DNA from: the human T2T-CHM13v2.0 reference genome, Homo sapiens
DNA length: 64,000 nt
Assembly (NCBI RefSeq): GCF_009914755.1
Contig: NC_060947.1
Reading direction: 5' to 3' (one strand)
This document shows, in pieces, positions 33,701-47,019 of the stretch (positions are counted from its first letter, which is position 1; every line of letters begins with the position of its first letter). Position numbers and translations under genes: made by a program. The notes under the pieces are model-generated. The model was not told the origin of the DNA and ran no database searches. It was given only the letters and a program-made list of their open reading frames with translations.

Positions 33701-34795
33701 GTGAGAATTTCATGACCAAACACCCAAAAGCAAATGCAACAGAAAACAAACAAAAACCATAAATAGCTGGGACCTAATTAAATTAAAGAGCTTTCTCACA
33801 ACAAAACGAACAGTCAGCAGACTAAACAGGAAACCCACAGAGGGGGAAAAAGTTTTCACAAGCTATACTTCTGACAAAGGACTAATATCCAAAATCTACA
33901 ATGAACTTAAAAAAATTCATAAGAAAAACAAACAATCCCATCAAAAAGTGGGCTAAGAACCTGAACAGACAATTCTCAAAAAAAATTACAATAGCCAATA
34001 AGCATATGAAAAAATGCTCAACATCACTAATGATCAAGGAAATGCAAATAAAAAATGCAATGCAATACCACCTTACTCCCAGAAGAATGCCCATAATCAA
34101 AAAATTATAAAACAGTAGATGCCAGTGTGGATGCGGTGATCAGAGAACACTTCTACAAGTGGTGGGAATATAAGCTAGTACAGCCACTATGGAAAACAGT
34201 AAACAGTGTGGAGATTCCTTAAAGAACTAAAAATAGAACTACCATATGATCCAGCAATCCCACTATTGAGTATCTACCCAGAGGAAAAGAGGCCATTATA
34301 CAAACAAGATACTTGCACACACATGATTATAGCAGCCCAGTTCACAATTGCAAAATAGTGGAACCAAACCAAATGCCCATCAATCAATGAGTGAATAAAG
34401 AAACTGTGGTATATATACGTGATTGAATACTGCTTAGCCATAAAATGTAATGAACTGACAGCATTTGCAGTGACCTGGATGAGATTGGAGATAATTATTT
34501 TAAGTGAAGTAACTCAGGAATGGAAAACCACAAATCACATGTTCTCACTGATATGTGGAAGCTAAGCTATTAGAATGCAAAGGCATAAGAATAATACAAT
34601 GGACTTCAGGGACTTGGGGAGAAGTGTGGGGGTGGGAGCAAGGTATAAAATACTACAAATATGGTGCAGTGTATACTGCTCTGGTGATGGGTGCACTAAA
34701 ATCTGACAAATAACTACTAAAGAACTTACTCATGTAACAAAACACCACATGTATCCCCAATAACTTATGGAAAAGCAATTTTAAAAAGGGAAAAA
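30796..34795 (+). mobile_element. 5'-truncated L1PB1-like LINE-1 inserted in the L1PA13 3'UTR
   Basis: begins in the ORF2 endonuclease region; 3'UTR gctaagctat..gcaaaggcataagaa..actaaagaacttactcatgtaac..ccccaataacttatggaaa; degenerate TSD atagctgggtga (30784-30795) / atacctggatga (34797-34808). Confidence 0.88.
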
Positions 34796-34796
34796 T

Positions 34797-34900
34797 ATAC
34801 CTGGATGAAAAAAATAATCTATACAAAAAAAAAACCCATGACACAAGTTTACATACGTAACAAACCTGCACTTGTACCCCTGAACTTAAAAAAGTTGTTA
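34797..34900 (+). mobile_element. displaced 3' terminus of the L1PA13-like element
   Basis: aaataatctatacaa..cccatgacacaagtttac..aacaaacctgcacttgtacccctgaacttaaa. Confidence 0.88.
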
Positions 34901-34914
34901 AATAGAAATTATAA

Positions 34915-37315
34915 TGACATTGTTATATTCTCTTGCTAAATTCACTTCTTTATCATTATAGAGTGAACTTCTTTGTGTCTACTTATAGACTTCGTTTGAA
35001 ATCTATTTAGTCTGACATAAATATAGTGGCTTCTGCTCTGTTTTGTTTCTCATTGGTATGGAATATCTTTTCATCTCTTTATTTTCAGTCTATGCATGCA
35101 TTTATAAGTAAGGTGCATTTCTTGCAGGCAACTAATCAACGGGTCTTGTTTTTTCACCCTTTCAGCCAGTCTATGTGTTTTGATTGGAGAGTTTAATTGA
35201 TTTACATTCAATGCTATTATGGATAAGTAAGGCCTTACTCTTGCCATTCTATTTTTTGTTTTCTGGTCTTCACTTGCTTCTTGTTTTCCCTATCTTTCTC
35301 TAGTTAAGCAAATTTCCTCTGGTAATATGACTTAATTTATTACTTTTTATTTTTTTGTGTATTGATTGTGTATTTTTTTGGTTCAAAATTACCATGTGAC
35401 TTGCAAATACTATTCTATGACTCATTTTTTAAACCTGATAACACCACTATTTGCATAAACAACAAAAAAGCAAAAAAATAAATAAATACTCTTGTCTTAA
35501 GTTCATCCTCCTGTTTTTTAATTTTTTGTTGTTTGTATTTATATCTTTATGTAATAACTATGTCTTGAAAAGTTGTTCTACTTATTATTTTTTATTTGTT
35601 CATTGTTTATTCTTTCTACTTAAGAGTAGTTTACACACCACAGTTACAGTGTTTTAATATTCTGTGATTTTCTTTGTACTTACTATTATCAGTGAGTTTT
35701 GTACCTTCAGATGATTATGTCTTTTTCTTTCTTATCAAAGTAGGCTCTTTAGCATTTTATGTAGGACAGCTCTGGTATTGAGGAAATCTCTTAGCTTTTG
35801 TTTGTCTGTGAAAGCTTTTATTTCTCCTTCAAGTTTGAATAATATTTTCACTGGATATAGTATTCCATGGTAAAGTTTTTTTTTTCCTTTAGAACTTTAA
35901 GTATGTCATGCCACTATCACCTGGTCCTTAAGGTTTCCACTGAAAAGTCTACTTCCAGACATACCGAAGCTTTATTGCATGCTGTTTATTTTCTTTTTTC
36001 TTTTCTTTTCTTTTATTTTTTCTGCTTTATTTCTGCTTTTAGGATCCCTTTTTGTCTTTGGCCTCTGGGAGTTTGATTATTCAATGCCTGGAAGTAGTCT
36101 TCTTTGGGTTAAATCTGCTTGGTGTTCTATGACCTTCTCATACTTGAATGTTGATATATTTATCAATAGGTTTGGAAAGTTCTGTGTTATTCCTAGGTTT
36201 GGGAAGTTCTCTGTTATTATCAAACTGAATAAGCATTCTACCACATTACTTTCTCTACCTCCTCTTTAAGGTCAATAACTTAGATTTGCTCTTTTGATGC
36301 TATTTTCTAGATTCTGTAGGCAAGATTCATTTTTAAAAAATTATTTTTTCTTGTCTCGCAACTGTGTGTTTTCAAATAGCTTGTCTTCAAGCTCACTAAT
36401 TCTTTCTTTTGCTTGATCTATTCTGCTATTAAAGTACTCTGATGAATTCTTCAGTATGCCAATTGCATTTTTCACTCCACAATTTTTACTTGATTCTTCT
36501 GAATAAATTCAATCCTTGTTCAATTTATCAGATATAATTCTTAATTCCTTTTCTGTGTTATCTTGAATTTCTTTGAGTTTCCTCAACACAGCTATTTTGA
36601 ATTCTCTATCTGAAAGGTCACCTATATTTCTTTGTCCATGATTGGTCCCTGGTGCCTTATTTAGTTTCTTTGGTGAGGTCATATTTTCCTGGATGGTGTT
36701 GATGCTAGTTGATGTTCTTCAGCATCTGGGCATTGAGGAGTTATTTATTGTAGTCTTCACTGTCTGGGTTTATTTGTAGCCATCCTTCTATGGAAGGCTT
36801 TCCAGATATTTGAAAGACTCGAATACTGTGATCTACACTTTATCTCCTTTAGGGAGCATGTTAAGCCCAGTAACACTGTGGTTCTTGCAGACTCATAGAG
36901 GTACCACCTTGATGGTCTTCTACAAGGTCCAGGAGATTTATCTGCATTACCATGCAGATACTCTTGTTCTTATCCTTTACTTTTTTTCAAACATACAGAG
37001 TCTCCATCTCTGTTATAAGCCACCTAAATAAAGCTGGGGGTGGTGTGACACAAGCACCTCTGTGGCCGCACCACTAGGTCTGCATCGTGTCACACCTGAA
37101 GCCAGCACAACACTGAGTCCAACCCCAAACCTGCTGTAACCACTCTCTGGCTGCTTTCTTTGCTCACCCAAGGACTTGGGACTCTACAGTCAGCAGGTAG
37201 CAAAGCCAGGAAGGCCTGTGACCTTACCTTCAGGGCAGCAAGTTCCCCCAGTCCCCAGGTGGGTCCAGAAGTGCTGTCTGGGAGTCATGGACTAGAGCCA
37301 AACCTTAGAAGTCTA
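34915..37315 (-). mobile_element. L1MA1-3-type LINE-1, continuation (ORF2 start, ORF1, part of 5'UTR)
   Basis: attgttatattctcttgct resumes where 24441 stops; L1M1-type 5' sequence cacaagcacctctgtggcc..cctgaagccagcaca. Confidence 0.85.
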
Positions 37316-38100
37316 ATGGAATTATTTCAAAAGAACACAGGAGTCAAGTTTAAGGAGTTTCACTAGCCAAATATTGGACAATTTTATCATAAAAAGAATA
37401 TCAGTGGAAGTGTATATAACACCTTAATTTTTTTGAAATCCATGAGTTCATATTGCTAACCTAAAAAAGGTGGAAAAGGGAGAGGAAGGTTAATTTTTTA
37501 AAAATATGTGTATGTGGTGGTAGAGTACTCTTCTTTACAAAGAATGTTCACTAAGAAATATTGAGGGCATAAAAAAATCACCATTCTGCCACCTCCAGTG
37601 TATGATTAATTTAGTCATTCATTATCATCAATAGATACTAAAACTGGCAAGCAAAACATTATTGACAAACAAGATATTCACACAATGTGATAATGATATT
37701 GTGGCTATATAAGGCATGTCTTTATTCGTAAGAGGTGTATGTTGAATTATTTAGGTATAACATGTTGTGATGCAACTTATTTTCAAATGGTTTGTCAAAA
37801 AATTAAATATGAACATAATTCATGCAAATTTGTAAATTACATAAATATGTGTATATATGTGTATATATACATAAATATGTGTATATATAAAAACATATAT
37901 GTGTGTGTGTGTATATAAGTAGAGAGAGAGAGAGGAAGAGCAGAGAAAGCACAAAATGGCTACAATGTTAGCCATTGGTGAGTCTGAGAATATACGCAAA
38001 GAGATAGAGGTGTTCAGATATTCACTCAGTGTCTTTAAACTTTTCTTCACATTGAAAATTTCAGAATAAAAATTAGAAAAAATAGGTATTTGAAATTTTG
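37316..38100 (+). mobile_element. old L1MC/L1ME 3'UTR fragment with an internal (TA/TG/AG) microsatellite
   Basis: caggagtcaag..atccatgagttcatattg; gcaacttattttcaaatggtt; tgaaaatttcagaataaaaa. Confidence 0.65.
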
Positions 38101-38384
38101 AACCAAAAATGTATTAAAACAATTCTGTTACCCAGAACACATCTTAGTGTTTTTATAAATTATATGAAATAGGGCTTGCTGCTTAAATATAAACTTTGCA
38201 GGTAGCAAACAGCCAACTTACGAGGATATATGTCAGTGAGCTCTCTCCTTCAGGATGATAATTGAAAAAAAAATTAAAAAACAGCACATTACCTCCCTTG
38301 CACACCACCATCCTATTCTTGTGTGAAATAAAGGAGCAGCTACATTGAGAATATTATGTGCAGTCTAAGAAATAATCCTAAATC

Positions 38385-39185
38385 CCACCAACAGCATAAA
38401 AGTGTTCCTATTTCTCCACATCCTCTCCAGCACCTGTTGTTTCCTGACTTTTTAATGATTGCCATTCTAACTGGTGTGAGATGGTATCTGATTGTGGTTT
38501 TGATTTGGATTTCTCTGATGGCCAGTGATGGTGAGCATGACTGTAAACTAGTTCAACCCTTGTGGAAGTCAGTGTGGTGATTCCTCAGGGATCTAGAACT
38601 AGAAATGCCATTTGACCCAGCCATCCCATTATTGGGTATATACCCAAAGGACTATAAATCATGCTGCTATAAAGACACATGCACTCATATGTTTATTGCA
38701 GCACTCTTCACAATAGCAAAGACTTGGAACCAACCCAAATGTCCAACAATGATAGACTGGATTAAGAAAATGTGGCACATATACACCATGGAATACTATG
38801 CAGCCATAAAAAATGATGAGTTCATGTCCTTTGTAGGGACATGGATGAAATTGGAAATCATCATTCTCAGTAAACTATCGCAAGAACAAAAAACCAAACA
38901 CCGCATATTCTCACTCATAGGTGGGAATTGAACAATGAGAACACATGGACACAGGAAGGGGAACATCACACTCTGGGGACTGCTGTGGAGTGGGGGGAGG
39001 GGGGAGAGATAGCTTTAGGAGATATACCTAATGCTAAATGACGAGTTGATGGGTGCAGCACACCAGCATGGCACATGTATACATATGTAACTAACCTGCA
39101 CATTGTGCACATGTACCCTAAAACTTAAAGTATAATAATAATAAAATTAAAAAAATACAAATGAAGAGAAAAAGGTAAAAAAAGA
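38385..39185 (+). mobile_element. short 5'-inverted L1PA3-like LINE-1 (inverted 38385-38538, sense 38539-39185)
   Basis: perfect 18-bp TSD aagaaataatcctaaatc at 38367-38384 and 39186-39203; 3'UTR gagaacacatgg, atgctaaatgacgag; A-rich tail. Confidence 0.95.
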
Positions 39186-39216
39186 AAGAAATAATCCTAA
39201 ATCATACATTCTTTTT

Positions 39217-39709
39217 AATTTTTTTAAAATTATACTTTAAGTTCTTGGATACATGTGCAGAATGTGCAGGTTTGTTACATAGGTATACACGTGCCATGGT
39301 GGTTGGTTAAACCCATTTACCCGTCATCTACATTAGGCATTTCTCCTAATGCTACCCCTCCCCTATGCCCCACCCCACCAACAGGCCCCGGTGTGTGATG
39401 TTTCCCTCCCTGGGTCCAGGTGTTCTCATTGTTTGACTCCCAATTATGAGTGAAAACATGTGGTGTTTGGTTTTCTATTCTTGTGTTAGTTTGCTGAGAA
39501 TTATGGTTTCCAGCTTCATTCATGTGCCTGAAAAGGACATAAACTCATTCTTTTTTATGGCTGCATAGTCTTCCATGGTGTATATGTGCTAAAATTTATT
39601 TATCCAATCTATCATTGGTGGGCATTTGAGTTGATTCCAAGTCTTTGCTATTGTGAACACTGCTGCAATAAACATAATTGTGCAAGTGTCTTTATAGTAG
39701 AATAATTTA
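39217..39709 (-). mobile_element. 5'-truncated L1PA7-like LINE-1
   Basis: atacatgtgcagaatgtgcaggtttgttacataggtatacacgtgccatggtgg; TSD taaatcata(c/t)attcttttt at 39198-39216 and 39710-39728. Confidence 0.88.
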
Positions 39710-39729
39710 TAAATCATATATTCTTTTTT

Positions 39730-39805
39730 ATAATTAAATGTATCAATACATAAGGCATTTAGAGCAGTCTGTGTCATACAGTAAAACTTTAATAAATGCT
39801 AAAGT
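39730..39805 (+). mobile_element. MIR 3' end
   Basis: attaaatg..aatacataaggcatttagagcagt..catacagtaa..aataaatgct. Confidence 0.6.
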
Positions 39806-40802
39806 TATTAATTGTATTGATACATCTATACATATTGTGGTCCATATGTGATATTCTGATACATGCATTTAATCTGTAATGATCAAATCAAGGTGTTTAG
39901 GATATTCATGACCTCAAACATTTATCATTTTATATATTGGAAACATTTTAATCCTCTTTTCTAGTTATTTTGAAATATAAAATACATTGTTGACTATATT
40001 CACTCAACTCTGCTATCAAACACCAGATATTATTTATTCTATCTAACTGTATGTTGGCAGCCATTAATCAACCTCTCTCATCCTTCACCACACTTCCCAT
40101 TCTCTGCTAACCATCTTTCTATTCTTTACCTTCATGAGAACAACTTTTTTAGCTCCTACAAATGAAGCTGGAAGCCATCATTCTCAGCAAACTAACACAA
40201 GAACAGTAGAAGATGTGATATTTCTCTTGCCGTGCCTGGCTTATTTCATTTAACCTGCAGTCTCATCCATTTTGCTGCAAATGACAGGATTTCCTTCATT
40301 TTAATAGCTGAATAGCATTTTATCAGGTATGCATAACACATTTTCTTTGTTCATTCATCCATTGATGGACACTTAGGTTGATTTCATATCTTGACTATTG
40401 TCAATAGTGCTGAAAACCATGAGGGTGCAAGAATCCCTTTGATACACTAATGTTCTTTCCTTGGGCTAAATACTCATTAGTGAGATTGCTGGATCATGTG
40501 GTAACTATATATTTAGTGTTTTACAAACATCTGTGTTGTTTTTTTGTAATGGCTGTACTAACTTGCATTCCTACCAACAGTGTATAATGATTCCTTTTTT
40601 TCCTACATCTTCACCAGTATTTGTTGTGTTTTCTCTATTTGATGACAGCCATTCTAACTAGGTGAGATGACATCTCGTTGTGGTATTGATTTGCCTTTTT
40701 CTGATGATTAGAGATGTTGAGCATTTTTTAAATATACCAGTTGATCATTTGTATGTCTTTTTGAAAAATTTCCATTCAGGTCTTTTGCCCATTTTTAATG
40801 AG

Positions 40803-40835
40803 ATGATGATACTATGATGATGATGATGATGATGA
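40803..40835. repeat. (GAT)n microsatellite
   Basis: directly visible. Confidence 0.9.
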
Positions 40836-43800
40836 CTGCTGTTGAGTTGCTTGAGTTCCTTGTATATTCTGGATATTAGTCTCTTGTCAGATGAATAGTT
40901 TGGAAATATTTTCTCTTATTCCACAGATTATCTCTTCACTTTGTTGATTGTTTATTTTGCAGCATAGAAGCTTTTTAGTTTAATATAGTCCCTTTTGTCT
41001 AATTATTTTTTCTATGCTTTGGAAGCCATAAAATTTGTGCCTAGACCAAAGTCCTGAAGCACTTCTCATATGTTTTTTTCCTAGTAGTTTTACAGTTTGG
41101 ATTTTATGTTTAAGTCTTATTATATTTTAATTGATTTTTATATTGGTGAGAGATAGGCAACCAGTTTTATTCTTCTGCATATGAATATCCAATATTCCCG
41201 ACACCATTTATTGAAGAAGTTGTCCATTCCGTAATGAGTGTTCTTGGCACCTTTTTCAAAAATGAGTTGACTGTAAATACATGGACTTATTTCTGGTTTC
41301 TCTATTCCGTTCCATTGGTTTGAGTGTCTATTTTCAATACTAATACTACACTGGTTTTGTTACTATAGCTTTGTAGTATATTTTGAAGTCAGGCAGTGTG
41401 GTGCTTCCAGTTTGGTTCTTTTTGCTGAGGACTGCATTGACTATTTGGGGACCCATACAAATTTGAGGATTTATTTTCTACTTCTGTGAAGAACATCACT
41501 GGAATTTTGACAGGGATGTCATTGAATCCACAGATTGCTTTGAGTAGTATGGTCATTTTAACAATATTACTTCTTCTGATCCATGAGCATGGAATATATT
41601 TCCATTTGTTTTTTCACTCTTCAATTTCTTTCATCAGTGTTTTCTAGTTAGCATTGAAAAGTCTTTCACCTCCTTTGTTAAATTTATTCCTGAGTAATTT
41701 ATTTTTTGTAAGCATTATAAATAGGATTGTCTTCCCGATTTCTTTTTCAGCTAGTTCATTGTTAGTGTATAAATACACTGCTGATTTTTGTATGATTATT
41801 TTGTATCTGGCAACTTTATTGAATTTGTTTATCATTTCTAATAATTTTGGGGTGGAGTCTACAGGTTACTCTCTATATAAGATCATATTATCTGCACAGA
41901 GGGACAATTTGATTTTCTCTTTTCCAATTTAGATATTTTTTATGTCTTTTCCTTGCCTGATCGCTCAGGCTAGAGATTCCAACATTATGTTGAATAACAG
42001 TGGTAAATGTGGGCATCCTTCTCTTGTTCCAGTTCTTAGAAGAATGGCTTTCAGCTCTTCCTCATTCAGTATAATGTTAGTTTTGAGTTTGTAATATATG
42101 ACCTTTATTATGCTGAATTTTGTTCCTTCAATATATGACTTGTTGAGAGTTTTTATCATGAAAGAATGTTGAATATTATCAAATGCTTTTTCTGCATCTG
42201 TTAAGATACTCATATAATTTTTGTCCTTAATTCCATTATGTTATATATTAAATTTATTTATTTTCATGTGTTGATCTAGCCTTATATTCTTGAAATAAAT
42301 ACTACTTGCTCCTTGTCTTTGTTGTTTTGATGTGTTTTTGGATTTGGTAGCATTTTCTTGAGGAATTTTGTATCTGTGTTCCTCGGGAATATTGGCCTAT
42401 AGTTTCTTTTTTGATGTCTATTTGTTTGGTTTTGCTTTCCAGATAATACGGGCCTTATAGAACAAGTTATGGAGAATTTCCTTCTGTTTAAGTTTTTGGA
42501 CAAGTTTGAAAACAATTGGTGTTAGTTTGTCTTTATAAGTTTGGTGGAATTCAGCATTAAGTCACCTAGTCCTTGGCTGTTCTTCGTTGGGAGAATTTTC
42601 ATTACTGATTCAATCTTCTTACTCAATATTGATCTGTTCAAGTATTTTTTTTTCTCGTTTAATCTTGGTAGGTTTTATATACCCAGAAGGTTTTATATGC
42701 CCAGGAATTTATCTATTTTCTCTAGGTTTTCAAATTTGTTATCTTATAGTTGTTGATAATAGTCTCTAATGATCTTTTGTATTTCTGTGGTGCCAGTTGA
42801 AATGTCTCCTTTTTCGTTTCTTATTTTATTTATTTGGGTATTCTCTCTTTTTTCCTTGGTTCATTTAGCTAGCGGTTTATCAATTTTGTTTATAGTTTTA
42901 AAATACCAACTTTTTGTTTAAAAGAACCTTCAGAATTTTTTAGTTTTTATTGTGTTTAGTTCTGTTCTGATTTTTATTTTTCTTCGTGTCTACTAATTTT
43001 GAGTTTATCTCGTATGTGCTTTCCATTTCCTTGAGGTGCATCATTAGGTTATTTATTTGAAATATTTTTACTTTTTTATGCAAGTGTTTATTGCTATAAC
43101 CTTATCTCTTAGCACTGCCTTTTCTATGTCCCATAGGTTTTGATATGTTGTGTTTCTATTTTTATTTGTTTCAATAAAAATTTTTATTTTCTTCTAAATT
43201 TCTTCATTGACTCAATCGCCCTTCAGGAGCATATTGTTTAATTTCCATGTGTTTGTACAATTTCTAAAGTTATCTTCATATAGATTTCTAGTTTTATTCA
43301 GGTGTAGTCTGAAAAGATACTTGATATGATTTTAATTTTTACAAATTTGTTAAGGCTTGTTTTGTGTCCTAACGTATTGTCTATTCTAGAGAATGTTCCA
43401 TTTGCTAATGAAAATTTGATAAAATTTTCCATAAATGTTTGTTAGGTTCATTTGGTCTGTAGTGCAGATTAAGCCCAATGTTTCTTTGATAATTTTTTTT
43501 TCTATATGATATATCCAATGCTGACTGTGGGTGTTGGGCTTTCCAGTCATGATGTTTTGAATTCCCCAACTGCATTTGTATTGGGTTTATCTCTTATGTT
43601 ACCTCTTATAAATGAGGGATATGTATTTCATATATGTGGGTGCTCTGTTATGTATATATATATTTAACATTTTATATCTTCGTGCTGAGCTGATTCTTTT
43701 ATTATTATATAACGACTTTCTTTTCATGCTTTTTGACTTAATGTCTACTTTGTGTGATATAAGTATAGCTACTCTAGCATGCTTTTGGTTTCTGTTTATG

Positions 43801-44068
43801 TGAAATATTTTTTCCATCTCTTCAATTTCAGTCTATTTATTTACAGATGAAGTGAGTTTCTTGTAAGCAGCCTATAGTTAAGTCTTGTTTTTTAAATCTA
43901 TTCTACTAGTCTATATATTTTATTGAGGGAATTTAAGCCATTTACATTCAAGCTTATTACTGTTAGTTGACGACTTACTCCTGTCGTTTGGTTAATTTTT
44001 TTCTGATTGTTTTATATGTCTTTGTTCCTTTCTTCCTTTTTTATTGTTTGCCTCTACCATTTGATGGG

Positions 44069-44071
<3 letters not shown>

Positions 44072-44102
<31 letters not shown>
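44072..44102. repeat. (TG)15 microsatellite
   Basis: directly visible. Confidence 0.97.
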
Positions 44103-44104
<2 letters not shown>

Positions 44105-47019
44105 TGATAATGTTTGCCTCTTTTCTCTTTTTCATTTGTTTTTCTGTTTTACCAGTGAGTTTTATATTTTTGTGTGTTTTTATAATGCTATATATCATTC
44201 TCTGCTTCCAGATATATGTCTTCGTTACTTATTTATTGCAAAATATGACTAGGTGTAAAATTTCCTCAGTTTTTGCTTGCCTATGAAAGACTATTTCTTC
44301 TTTATTTTTGAATTATAGTTTCTTGGATGTAGTTAGAATTATTTACTGACTTTTTTTTTCATCCAGCACTATGAATACAGCATCCCATTCTCTCCTGTCC
44401 TGTAAGGTTTCTGCTGAGAAATCCTCTGTTAATCTAATGGAGAGACCATTATATGTGATTTTACACTTTTCTTTTTCTGTTTTTAGAATTCTCACTTTGT
44501 GTTTGGCTTTTTGACAGTTTGACTATAACATGCCTTAAAGAAGACTTTTTGTGTTGAATCTATTTGGAGATCTTGGAGCTTCTTGTATCTTGATGCCTAC
44601 ATATCTTGCAAAACTTGTGAGGTTTTCAGCTATCATTTTTAAAAATAGGTTTTCTATGACTTTGCCCATCTTTTCTCTTTCTACAGCTCCCAAAATTTGA
44701 AAATTGGACACTTTATGGTGTCCCACATATCACATAGCCTTTCTTATTTTTGTTGTTGTTTTTTATTATTTTGTTGTCTGATTGGGTTGTTTCAAAAGCA
44801 GTACATTAAAGTGCCAAAATTTTTTCTTCTGCTCAATCTAGTCTGTTGTTGAAGCTCTTGATTATATTTTTATTTTATTTCTTAAATTCTTCAGTTCTAG
44901 GATTTATGTTTAGTTCTTTTAATGATTTCTATTTCTCATTCAGATTATAAATTATTTTTCTGATTTCTCTTTATTATTCATCTGCATTCTCTTTTGTCTC
45001 ACTGAATTTCTTTAATATTATTTTGAATTCATTTTTAGGCATTTCATAGATTTTCTTTCCATTGGGATATTTTATTGCAGAATTATTGTGTTTCTATGAA
45101 AGTTTATATTTCCTTTCTCTTTCATATTTCCTGTGTCTTTACAATGATATCTTCACATCTGGTGTAACAGTCATTTTTTTCCAATTTTATGAATTGGCTT
45201 TCTAAGAGAATGACTTACTTCTATACATATATCTATAGTTTTGGTTGGGGAAGGTTCTTGGGCTTTGATTCTGAGTGGATACCATGGTGTAGTCTCCATA
45301 TAATTTCTTTGGCTGTAATCAGTGTTTGTGATGTCTGTGAGTTCCTCAGTGGCTTAGGCTGTGGTTTTTAATGGAGGCTGTGGTAAGGCTTCGTTGGGGA
45401 TGGGTATGTGCATCCTGGCAGTCCAGTCCTCAGGCATCAGTGGTGGTGGTCCAAAGGTTTCAGTCTTCAGGCTTCTGGGCATCATGCATGGGCACTAGTG
45501 GTATTGATTTCAGATGGGCTCATCCTTGGGCCTTCCAGTCGTCATGTTTGGGTGCTGGTGGTGGTGGGTTGAGACAGCAGGATGTGGTCCCCCAAGCAGC
45601 ATGAAGAGAGTCAGCATTGACAGTAGCAGTGGTAAGGCAACCTTCAGGCTTCCAAGTAGGTTACACAGCTACCAGTAGTAGAGGCACTTAGCTGGATGGG
45701 CAATCACCATATCCCTAAGTGATATGCATCGGTTAGTGCTGGCATTAGCAGTAGCAAGCAGGGTGGACCAGGCCCCAGGTCCCAGGCCCTAAGATGCACA
45801 TACAAACACCAGCAGCAGGGTGGGACCATCCTTATGGACCTGGAAGACAATCACTTGTACCGCTTATGGTGGGCAAGGCATGCCTATCCCCATCACCACA
45901 TGCAATACATGTGGTCAGCTGTGTTAAGTATGGTGGGACTGTCCTCAGGCTCTTGGGCAACATTCATGGGTGCCAGCAGTGGCAGGCAAGGCAAGTTGAT
46001 CTCCAGACCCACAGATGACACATGTGTGTGACAGTGGCAGTGGGCCGTGTGGTCCTGTCCTTGAGCTTCTTGATGTTTTTCATGGGTGGGTGCTGTCTGC
46101 ACTGGGCAGTGTAGATAAATCCCCTGTTCCCTGTATGGCACCCCTGGGTGCTAGTGATCATGGTGGTGGGTGAGAAGGGCCTGTCTTCAGGACACCTAGA
46201 TGGTGCATCCCAGCAGTGGTAGGCATGACAGATCTGTTCTCAGGCCCCAGGATGGCTTGCAGGTTGCTCAGTCCCTAGTCCTCCTAATGATGGATGCAGG
46301 AGTATGGAAGCCCTGCTGTTGAGGGGTGGTGCAGTTGCTGTCAGTAGCAGCAGCCTTGGGCAGGTGGCTCTAAGAAGTACATGCTTTGGCTCCCTTTGTC
46401 CCAGGGGCAGCCTCCCTATTGTTCTAAACTTTCTATTTCCTGAGGTTTAGGACACGACATGGGCTAGAGTGCTGGGGACACAACCACACAGCTGGGTCTA
46501 GCTGGCATCGTGATGCTACAGCCCTCTGGGTGAATGTCCTAAATCATGTATCCTTAGAAAGCATCTAAGTATCTACCATGCCATTTGACAGACCCTGCCC
46601 CTAGAAATGTACATATCAAGAGACTGAGGACCAGAAATGTCTCTTGCCCAAAATTAAGCTGCTGCTTATTAGCAGAGCTTTGGCTGAACCACAGTCTGCT
46701 GACAGTTTTATGTGCTTTCATGATGAAAAGACAGACCAAGAGGGAGTGTAAAATAAACACTGTTATCACAAAAGACATGAAGAGAGACAAAATAGCCTTG
46801 TTCACAAAAACCCAGAATTAGAGAACTTGAAACCTTTTTCCTTAAAACTTAGAAGAAAACAAAAATATTATTTTACACAGCAAATAGTGATTTTATACAA
46901 CTGTTATTTCAATAAGTAACATAGAATAAAATAATTAAAACAAAATCCAAAAAGTTTTAGGTAGTCATTGAATATAAATTAATAATAAGCTGTTATTAGA
47001 GAAAGCTACTAAGGGAATA

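Larger units (their letters stand above)
39806..46532 (-). mobile_element. near full-length L1MA4/5-type LINE-1
   Basis: 3'UTR tgtaatgatcaaatcaaggtgtttaggatattc..acctcaaacatttatcattt; diverged ORF2 (GTREGCP, DAEKAFD), ORF1 and a GC-richer 5'UTR at about 45300-46530. Confidence 0.85.

Noticed and set aside
36167-36220. 27-bp tandem duplication in L1MA (similar short ones near 34195, 42670, 48946 and 55782)
   Set aside because: These are ordinary slippage or repair micro-duplications with two copies only, not arrays.
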